Notes under the pieces: model-generated
Databases searched by the model: none
What the model was told of the DNA's origin: nothing
What the model saw: only the letters and a program-made list of their open reading frames with translations
NCBI GenBank assembly: GCA_002269645.1
Contig: NIVC01000217.1
Coordinates: 186,001-250,000, forward strand
From: Macrostomum lignano
Taxonomy: Eukaryota
Length of the DNA stretch: 64,000 nt
Reading direction: 5' to 3'
Made by a program: the position numbers and the translations under genes
Shown here: piece after piece, positions 29,601 through 39,642 of the stretch
Layout: each line of letters begins with the position of its first letter
Position numbering within the stretch: the first letter of the stretch is position 1

Positions 29601-31049
29601 AATTTTGGATTCACCTGATCTCCTTTCTAGCATACAACGTTTTTATCGCGTGGTACATAATGGATTTGCCTACGACTTTCAAGTTCTGGCCTGCAGATTT
29701 AGTCATGATAGCTTATCTTCTTTCATTTACTTTGCAAGAAGTTCTGGACATCTGCACTCGAAGCAAAAGAAGACGTGCCAAAATATGTGGCATTGAGATA
29801 AAAAAATGCCCCGTGTACTTCAAGGATGTCCTCAACCTACTCGACTGTTCCGCCTTAATATTGATGTGGGTCGGGCTGCTGCTGAAGCTTGCCATGTAGG
29901 GCTGCATCTTCGACTATGTCACAGGGGTGGACAGCTCCTCCATGTGCAGCGAGACCAACTCAACGGCCTATCAGGCACTCTTCCGCGGCGGTACGTCAGC
30001 TGATCGAACGTGGACCCAGCCGACTCCGTACAGCGCTTACGCCTGCCAGATGGTTCTGAGCACCGCGTTCCTGCTCTGGGGGTTTCGATCTGTCGCCTTC
30101 CTCGGCTACTCGGAGCGAATCGGTCCAGTGGTGTCCATGCTCAGGACTTTGATCATCCAGGACTTGATTCCTTTCTCTGTCATTATTGTAATCATATTTT
30201 ATTCGTTCGGAGTTTTCTTCTTCAACCTGCTGTATCCGGTTGTCACCTCGACCGAAGCTGACAGAAGCGCGTCTGACTACAGCTGGCATGCCTTTCTGCA
30301 GGTGTTCATGCTGCCGCTAAACTTGCTCTTCACCAACTTTGACGTTCTTCCCACTGAGACGGCTAAAGATAAGGATCAGGTACTGGGAGAAGTGGCGCAC
30401 CACCTTGGTTACAAGTGGTTCAGCAGAGTTATGATGTTCGTCTTCCTGCTGCTCTCGAATATCGTGATGATAAACTTGCTGATCGCCCGGTTCAGCCTGA
30501 CTGTCAGCCGGATGGACAGCAAGTCTTTGGGAACCTGGAGAAAAAGAAATATGGAACTATTGCGTGAATATCAGAGCTACAGTCCGCTTCCTGCTCCGAT
30601 TTCTTTTCTGCACTACCCTATAAAAATGGTATCGTGGTGCATTAAAAAGAGAAATGATGATAATAACGAGCAAAACAGGCTTTTCCCCGAAATTAAGGTA
30701 AGTCTTTGTATTCCATTGAATTGCAAAATTGAGCGGTAAATGTATGAGTGATCAAGAAGTACTTGTACTTTTGATTATTATTTTCTAGGATGCGTGGAAC
30801 AACGAATCCGATTATCCGGATAATTACATCGAATTTTTGTTGTTCCAAGCCAGACAGTTCAGACGAATTCGACCGCAGCTGGCCCGGGTGGTGACCAGGA
30901 ACAAGAGCGACTCGGAAGCTCTGGTAGCTCACGTGGAGAACCTGGTTTCCACTGCGAACCGCGACCTACACGATCGGCTGGGCCAGCTAGAGGAGGAAAT
31001 CAATCGAAAGTTCGCGTTGCTGCAGGAAGCGATCAGTAAGAAAAAGTAG
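26664..31049 (+). pseudogene. Ankyrin-repeat TRP cation channel with TRPM-like TM/TRP domain; ORF disrupted (pseudogene or assembly errors). Exons 26664-30697 and 30789-31049; ~1431 aa if repaired
   Basis: About 14-15 ankyrin motifs (RTAVHYAA, RTPMHLSA, YTCIHWAA, VTPLHIAA, NTVLHKAA, KTVLHIAL, QSVLHFAV, ATALHFAC and others). Six TM segments, then S6/TRP helix MINLLIARFSLTVSRMDSKSLGTWRKRNMELLREYQSYSPLPAP. Frameshifts near 27383-27386, 28185-28200 and 28780-28783, and an in-frame TAG at 29897-29899. Intron AAG|GTAAGT...TTTCTAG|GAT of 91 nt. Confidence 0.75.
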
Positions 31050-33485
31050 TAGCAAGATTCCTTGTTGTATCAGAAGCAGCTGATGTCTGCGAGTGTGAAA
31101 GAAGACGTACTGAAGTGCTTTGTAGAGTAGATTTTTTCTGCTTCGTGATGTTGAAGACAGTTTCTTTGTTTTTTTTCACAGCGTCTTAAAAAATGCGCGA
31201 TTTTACAAAAGTAGCTAGCTAAACTAACATTTTGTTTGTGTTGCATAACTTTTTAATTTACATTAAAGTTTACCACTTGATATACCATTTCTTAAACTAT
31301 CTGGTTCCTTGATGTGGATTAAGAGTTTTTTTAAAAAGAGTTACTTGTCTATACTTCTCCGATGAGAATTTAGGCGTGTAGATCATACAATACAGCATCT
31401 TTAACGAGGATTTAAATCAAGATTACCTAAAATAAAATGATTTAAAATGACTCGTAATCCACTCAAAGCATGCCTATATAATGAGGTCAATATATTCGGT
31501 ATCCAGGATGCGTTACCCAGTTGCACAGGTTGCACTTATGTTTATATTGTTACTCAATGCGAATTTTATATTTAAATTTTTGCTTGATTTTTAACAAGCT
31601 AATATTTATGAATCAAAGTTCCGACAATTTTCTAAACTTTTCTATCAGTCTATCGAGACATTCTGGACGTCAAATAACGTAAATTTTTTTTGGTAAATTT
31701 TCCTCTAAAATTACGTGTATTTGATGCTCATTTAAACTGACACTCTATAGGCTGTGCCTTCTGTGGACTAACTAACAGATATTTCAAATAGGACTAACTA
31801 ACAGATATTTCAAATAGGACTAACTAACAGATATTTCAAATAGGACTAACTAACATGTCCATGGCTAACTAAAAAAATGAATTCAACAATCGTGAACGCT
31901 TCATTATTCAATATTACGTTTTTTCATTGGACATTTAATTTTATTACTACCTGGTGTGTTCAGTCCTAAAACCTTTTAACATCGTTTAAGTACAAGCGTA
32001 TTTTTAAAAACTGAAATAGACCTTAATTGACAGTTTTTTCGAGCACTTCAGTTAATTAAATAAATATGTAGTGTGTGATACTATAAACCTTTTTGTGAAC
32101 TTAGTGTCTTCGCGTAGAGTTTTGATGGATTAATTTACATGTAAAAATGAATTACCCGGCTAATAGACACAACACCTGGCGTGCAAAAGACTATTCGATC
32201 CTCAGGCGTAGGAACTTGTGGCGTACAGCTACTGAAAACTTTAATGTGTGTAATGAATTTAAAACAAATCTCAATGTGTTTTCATTTCAATTAGCTTTAT
32301 TATCTTATTCAGCGCGGGGGCACGGATATTGGATGCTCAGCAACATCGAAAAGTCGCCATCACAGAAGATTCCGTCTGTGGTCGCCACTTTTGAGAGTGC
32401 AGGTAAAGTCTCTCAATCTTTGCGAGTGACGCAACTTAGCTACGCCACGCGGCAGACTTGAGTTCAGGAATGAAATGGGGGGAGCGGCGTGCGAGGCTTG
32501 GACGGATTAAAGCTAGCCCGATCAGTTTTCTCGTATCTTTTATTTCAGAATAGTCCAAGAGAAATTGCTCACTGGCGTATAGAGTGGCGAGTTTGCAATG
32601 TTTCTGAGTATATTAGCGCTCGCAGTAGATTTTGCGACCGTATTTTTTGCCCCACTGCTTGCTCGTCTTTGCGCACAGTTGTATACCATTGGACTGAGAA
32701 CCTGAGTTCTGTTCTGAAAGTTCTGTCTGAGAGCAGTGCAATAAATTTTTTGACTATTTTGTTTTGCGCCCATCCACGTGAGCGCTCGTGTTGTACTCGT
32801 AACGTTGGTCAATAAGTAAGCTCTAAAAATTTACAAGGTAGAGCAGATTGCCTAGTCAGGCAAGACACCGCGCACTTGTGACGATAAAGTTGAAAAAGTG
32901 AAGCCAACGACCGGCCCGAGAGAAAGATGGCATGCCCCCCCCCCCAAAAGGGCCATCAATTTTATGGTATTCGAAGCAATCGTATAATTCAAGTGCGACA
33001 GGGTTGGGGCGAGCGACAGAGAGAGACACAATAGCACAGCACTAGTACAGCGAGCCATTTATGAAAGTGACATTATTCAAAGATTGCAGTAGGTATACAC
33101 TTGCTGTATTCATGACTAGGGTAATGTTACTGTACCTGTCTCGATCGAACCGAAGCCCATTCTCTTTACTGAGTTCAAATAGACAAAATGCAGATAGCTC
33201 AAACAAAGCTGAAGTTCAGGGTATATTTTTCTCACAGAGCATACAGTGCACAACAACAGTCAGTAGTGTCTCCCTCCACGCAATTTGACATGATTCGCGC
33301 TCTCAAGACTGCTTAAAAATTCTGTGGAAACTTCAAAATTGCTAATTATTAAATTTAATGTTCCAATTTACTTTGCAATTTACAGCAAGTTGGGTAACTC
33401 GTGGCTTGACTTATGATGGGAAGTTTTTGATTTGAATTTACAAGTACTGTCTGCCAGTGTATAGCGGCTTTTCAGTACATGTAGG

Positions 33486-33669
33486 GCTGGCGCCCCTGGT
33501 GCTAAAGCTCCTGGTGCTAAAGCCCCTGGTGCTAAAGCCCCTGGTGCTAAAGCCCCTGGTGCTAAAGCCCCTGGTGCTAAAGCCCCTGGTGCTAAAGCCC
33601 CTGGTGCTAAAGCCCCTGGTGCTAAAGCCCCTGGTGCTAAAGCCCCTGGTGCTAAAGCCCCTGGTGCTT
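33486..33669. repeat. 15-bp tandem repeat (GCCCCTGGTGCTAAA) x ~12
   Basis: Near-perfect array. Confidence 0.95.
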
Positions 33670-34739
33670 TAGACATTGGTTAACTTTTGTGCCGCATTAG
33701 GGGGGAGTTAACCGTTGCTGAGTGAATGCATATTCGCTATGCATGCCTGGAAGAGAATACTTTAAGGCTGGGAATTGCTGCTTGAACTTTTGACCGAGCA
33801 GTGGTCTTACTGGGGACCATAAAAGCACCGTTTTTATATTTTATCATTGCGTGCACTGAGATGGCGCGACTTAATTTATTGTCACTTTACTCGTGTTTGC
33901 GCAGTTGTACTATATGGGACTGAGCCTGAGAACTTACGAAAGTTCTGTCTGAGACCCGCGCAATGTGTTGTTTACTCTTTCTTTGCGTCCACCCACAGGA
34001 GCGCTCGTCTTGCAACTTGAGTCAGTGAGTAAAACTCTGTAATAGTTGCACAGTAGAACAGCTTACCAAGTCAGACAATTACACCGCGCACTTGCTACGG
34101 TACACTGTAGAGTTCAGAATTCGTATCAAACGACCGGCCGAGGAAAGGAAGGCATGCCCACTAGGCATCAATTTTACTATACTCACAGGTTTAGCTACGC
34201 GCAGCATTTAATGCAAATGTACGGCAGGGTTAGTTGCGAGATGGCGTGATTGATGTACGTGCGTTAGAGAGAACTGGTTAGTTTGGGACAGACTGTGATT
34301 TATGACAGTCCAAAACCGTGGCTCATTCTTCTCTTTACAGAGTTCAAATGAACAAAACGGTAGCAAAAAAGCTGAAGTTCTCTTTTTCTCACAGTATAAT
34401 AGGAGTCCGGTGGGGGGGGGGAGATCCACTCATCCAGCCGTTGTTCATTTTTGTCGTCGGCTTTAAGTCGGCTTTCTACGAACAAGATATTTTCTGTCGT
34501 AAGTTTTGCCTTTTCAACTGTATTATTCGAAAATTTGAATGGCTCGTAATATTGTGTTGCTGAGTACATTATTCTTGTACTTGAAGGACGACCCTAGGCT
34601 AAGTAAGCTACAATAGTTCATGAGTAAGTTAATCTACACAGCAGGTTAATCTGTCTTCTTATTTACTATAAGATAGAAGTCTTACACCTAAACCTAAACG
34701 TATTGTGAAAGTTGAATAAATTGGAGTAATACAGTCTAG

Positions 34740-35345
34740 TGCTGCTAAAGCCCCTGTTGCTAAGGGCCTGTTTCTGTTGCCCCTATTGCTGGTGCCCCTG
34801 CTGCTGGTGCTCCTGTTGCTGGTGCCCCTGTTGCTAAGGCCGTGTTGCTAGTGCCCCTGTTGCTGGTGCCCCTGTTTCTGGCGGCCCTGGTGCTGGGGCC
34901 CCTTGGTGCTAAAGCCTCTGTTGCTGAAGCTCCTCTCTGTTGCTAAAGCCCCTGTTGCTGAAGCTCCTCTCTGTTGCTAAAGCCTCTGTTGCTAAGGGCC
35001 TGTTTCTGGTGCCCCTATTGCTGGTGCCCCTGCTGCTGGTGCTCCTGTTGCTGGTGCCCCTGTTGCTAAGGCCGTGTTTCTAGTGCCCCTGTTGCTGGTG
35101 CCCCTGTTTCTGGCGGCTCTGGTGCTAAAGCCCCTTGGTGCTAAAGCCTCTGTTGCTGAAGCTCCTCTCTGTTGCCAAAGCCCCTGTTGCTGAAGCTCCT
35201 CTCTGTTGCCAAAGCCCCTGTTGCTGAAGCTCCTCTCTGTTGCTAAAGCCATGTTGCTGAAGCTCCTCTCTGTTGCTAAAGCCATGTTGCTGAAGCTCCT
35301 CTCTGTTGCTAAAGCCATGTTGCTGAAGCTCCTCTCTATTGTTAA
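34740..35345. repeat. Compound GC-rich repeat related to the 15-bp unit (GCCCCTGTTGCT...), with an internal ~245-bp duplication and a ~30-bp sub-array
   Basis: The block starting GCTAAGGGCCTGTTTCTG occurs near 34758 and again near 34991. TGTTGCTGAAGCTCCTCTCTGTTGCTAAAGCC is reiterated. Confidence 0.85.
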
Positions 35346-36312
35346 AGCCAGGGATCACCAGGGATCACCAGGGATCCTCTTGATGACAGTAGCGTTGAAG
35401 TATCTTTGATGGAAGCTTTCGTTTCCTGGAACCTGCGACCCTTTGGCTAGCGTATAATCGAGGTGAAAAATTTCAGATCTTTGATGCAATTGTATAAGTT
35501 AGCCAAAATAGAGCCCGATCAGAGCTGGACAGTATGAGTATATTCTGTACAGTATGAGTATCCAAAAAAATAATTATTTAGTACCGGGGCTTACTACCGA
35601 ATCGTCCAGACTCCATCATCTTGAAACCAGTCGGAGACCCAGTTTACAGTGAGGTTGGCATTACAGCTAAAATAAAAAAGCGAAAAATTGCAAAACTGTC
35701 AGCATGGAAAACCAGCAAAATCGATCAAAACACGCAAAGCCGGTGTGTGAATGAACTGGAATTTACGAGACACTGGAGACAAAGAGTAGAGAAATCTGCA
35801 AAACTGAATCACTTTTCATACAACTTCAAATGGTACATCTCAGCCTAAAAGTAGCCCCATGTGATAAATTCGATCATGATGTATCAGATAAAGGTTTAAA
35901 TGAAAAATACTAAGAGAAGGAAGTACTTTACCTAATGATTTAAGAAGATCGTATTTTTACATGATAAAATAGGCTCAGAAAACAAATGAGTGGAGCCGCG
36001 CCATTTTAAAGGTTTTTGGGCATAGGACATGTACAATTCTACGTAGGATATAAAATTGACATAGAATCCTAATTTTATAAACGAAAAGCTCTCTCGAAAT
36101 TACGAGTACTACGAGATATATGCCAGTTTGCAAAGATTAGACCGTTTTATTTCAAGTTCTCATATCCCAGTAAATACTCGTATTACTTTGCAAAGATTAC
36201 TTTGCAGTAGCAGAGGCAATATTCAACATTATAAATAGCAAATTCACACATCAAATTGCAGGTCCTGTAAAGCGCGTCAGTCATTTCACAATAAATTTCG
36301 ACTTTAAGAATA

Positions 36313-39021
36313 ATGGCCAACTCTGGCATTAAGGCTGGCGCCACTGAGACACAGGAAGACAAGCTGCAGGGCTTGCGTGGAGATGTAGAAACTCTGCTCC
36401 GCGTCATCGTGAAAGATCTTCCTGAGGAGTATCGTCAGGCTCGACAACAAAATACGATCACCCATGAGACAGAAAAAAAGTTAGTTGAATTAATCAAGGC
36501 TAAAGATCCAATCCTCATCCTCAAGGCCAAGCTTTCCCAATCAGAAAATACATCTGGAAGCTTTGATTGTAACAAGCTTTGGAAGAAAAAATTCGACGAA
36601 TTCTCCGAGCTCTCCATAATCAACGTGGCTATCGCTATCGACAAAGTGGACATTCTGCTTGAGCTGGTTCTCTCCAGACGGCACGACCTGCTGCCCGCTT
36701 GCATCACTTTGCTTATAGAATTGAGACCGAAAATTGCATCAAAGAAAGGGAATGAAAAGAAGCTGAAAGAGCTATGCGCTGACGTTTCAAACTTGGCTAT
36801 GAAATGCCTTGACGAGCTCTACTCCAGAGCAAAAAAAGAGGGGCAGAAGCAGCTGCTCTTTGGCTACATTAAAGGATCGATTCCGGCCAATGATCGCGAC
36901 ACCAAAGGCCCAAAGTTCCCATGCCAGCTAGGCGCAAACACACTGAAATATTTTACTTTGTTGGAGATGATAGACATGTGTGGAGAGGGAGATCTGTACG
37001 CCACCGAGTGCTTGCACAGGTTGATCGATGAAGAATGGGACCCACCTGAAGCCGCTTGTCCGTGTTGTGGAGCGCAATCCAAGAAAGCCAACTGTAATTG
37101 TGACGATGGTCCGACAAAAGGGAAAAGTCACAAGGAATCTAACGAAACTGAAGGCAACGAAGTTCAATCACGTGAAGAAAGTTGCTTCCTAAATCGACGC
37201 GTAAAGCCGAAAATTAAATTTTACGTTCATCTTTTCTCTTTCATAACCTTTAACATCTTCTTCGCCTGGTACATTATGGACTTTCCGAGAACGTTTCGAT
37301 ACTGGCCAGTAGAAATCATTCTGGCAGCCTATTTCCTGTCCTTTACTTTGCAAGAAGTTCTGGAAATCTGCAAAAGAAGCAGAATCGATAGTCTTTACTT
37401 GTGCAACTTTAAAGTAAAGTGCCCCGTGTACTTCAAGGATGTGCTCAACCTACTCGACTGTTTCGCCTTGATATTGATGTGGGCTGGGCTGCTGCTGAAG
37501 CTTGCCATCTGGGGCTGCGTCACAGGCGGAAACCGATCCTCGCTATGCAGCGAGACCAACTCAACGGCCTACCAGGCACTCTTCCGCGGTGCGTCAGCTG
37601 ATCGAACATGGACCCAGCCGACTCCGTACAGCGCTTACGCCTGCCAGATGGTGCTGAGCACCGCGTTCTTGCTCTGGGGGTTTCGATCTGTCGCCTTCCT
37701 CAGCTACTCGGAGCGAATCGGTCCGGTGGTGTCCATGCTCAAGACTTTGATCATCCAGGACTTGATTCCTTTCTCTGTCATTATTGTGATCATATTTTAT
37801 TCGTTCGGGGTTTTCTTCTTCAACCTGCTGTATCCGGTTGTCACCTCGACCGAAGCTGACAGAAGCATGTCTGACTACAGCTGGCATGCCTTTCTGCAGG
37901 TGTTCATGCTGCCGCTAAACCTGCTCTTCACCAACTTTGACGTTCTTCCCACTGAGACGGCTAAAGATAAGGATCAAGTACTCGGAGAAGTGGCGCACCA
38001 CCTTGGTTACAAGTGGTTCAGCAGAGTTATGATGTTCGTCTTCCTGCTGCTCTCGAATATCGTGATGATCAACTTGCTGATCGCCCGGTTCAGCCTGACT
38101 GTCAGCCGGATGGACAGCAAGTCGGTGGAAATCTGGAGAAAAAGAAACGTTGAACTGCTTCGCGAATACCAGAGCTGCAGTCCCGTGCCCGCGCCGCTCT
38201 CCTTTATTCACTACATCTACAAGATCTTCCAGTGGTGCCAGAAGCGGCGGAATAATGCCGTACACCCTGAAAATACCCAAGAAGGCCTAATCGAGGTAAA
38301 TTTATTCTTTTTTCGCCACTAAAACATTTTTTGCATAAATTTTCTTGCAATTTATGAAATATTGAGTCGTAAATACGGGTAGACATATATTGCAATACTG
38401 ATAAATACATAAAACTTTGTTGTTTGACGTTAGATCCTTCTGCCGCAGACACCGCAGACACTTGCGTCATATATTATACTGTGTGCACATGGGTAGCGGC
38501 AAAGCGTCCGAGCCTCTTTGGCGCAAAAGATCAAGGGTTGAATTCCTCCACAAAAGCTATGAATACTGACCAGGCGCTTGGGCTGCTTTTCATTATTATC
38601 GGAAAAATAGCAGGTGGGTTTTTACTCGAAGCGCAACGCCTTTGGTGGTGCCGTCCCGCGACCACCGGTGCAGAGGCAGTTCTGCCCACTCTGCTGAATC
38701 CTGCAGAGCACATACAAGCGCACCAATATTGTACGCAGGCACGCACTCATATACACACTCACACAGGGTGTACAGCGACCCGGAATTTCTAATTGCCAGA
38801 CGTGCACACTCTCTGCCCCCCCCCTCACTAGGAAAGTGTGCTTAGATACGTTTTAATGGTTAGGTATCATGCAAGCATTCTGGCATCTACTTTGTGGCCA
38901 ACTGTCGTCGGCGCGAGGTTTTGATTTTTGTTGTTGTTGTTGTTGTTGTTGGTGTTGTTGTTGCTGTTGTTGTTGTTGCTGTTGTTGTTGTTGTTGTTGT
39001 TGTTTTTGTTGCTGCCGCTGC

Positions 39022-39058
<37 letters not shown>

Positions 39059-39143
39059 GCTGCTGCTGTTGCTGTTGTTGTTGTTGCTGTTGTTGTTGTT
39101 GTTGTTGTTGTTTTGTTGTTGTTTTTGTTGCTGCCGCTGCTGC

Positions 39144-39180
<37 letters not shown>

Positions 39181-39642
39181 GCTGCTGCTGTTGTTGTTGT
39201 TGTTTTTGTTGTTGTTTTTGTTTTTGTTGTTGTTGTTGTTGTTGCTGTTCTTGTTGTAAGATCTTTCATGACCGATTCAAATGTACGCTCGTACTTCTAT
39301 AATGAATTCAAACAGCAAATTTCAAGTAAGTTTATGTTCATACTTACAACTGTCGCCCAGGAAACATGGTCAAAGAAACCGAAGGACTTGGAAAGTTACG
39401 AAAATTACTTGGAATTCCAAACCAAGCACTTGCAGCACATTCTGTCGCAACAGCAAAGCCGTAAATTCATGCAAGAAGTGATCGACGAGGATGTCAAGAG
39501 ATACTTAAATCATCTGGTAAAATCCGCCACTCGCGACATGCTCAGCGACATGCTCAAAGTGCTGCAGAGCTCAGTCGGTACTGATGATCCTGCTGGGCAT
39601 ATAAATATTTCAGGTGCAAATCAGACGACATCATCTACTTGA
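36313..39642 (+). CDS. TRPM-like TRP cation channel paralogue without ankyrin repeats. Exons 36313-38295 and 39361-39642; ~754 aa
   Basis: Intact 661-codon frame homologous to the post-ankyrin part of the 26664 gene. Phase-0 intron at the same position (GAG|GTAAAT...CGCCCAG|GAA). Exon 2 ETWSKKPKDLESYENYLEFQ aligns with DAWNNESDYPDNYIEFLLFQ. The start codon is not confirmed; an upstream exon via an AG at 36307-36308 is possible. Confidence 0.85.
38927..39256. repeat. (GTT)n microsatellite in the TRP paralogue intron
   Basis: GTT/GCT triplet run. Confidence 0.96.

Noticed and set aside
26664-31049. Naming the ankyrin channel TRPA1 or TRPN/NompC
   Set aside because: The S6/TRP-helix sequence is TRPM-like, so no gene symbol was assigned.
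33380-35409. Elastin- or collagen-like ORFs (LAPGA)n and GAPAT
   Set aside because: 15-bp DNA periodicity with identical synonymous positions, no signal peptide, no supported splice context and no Gly-X-Y period.
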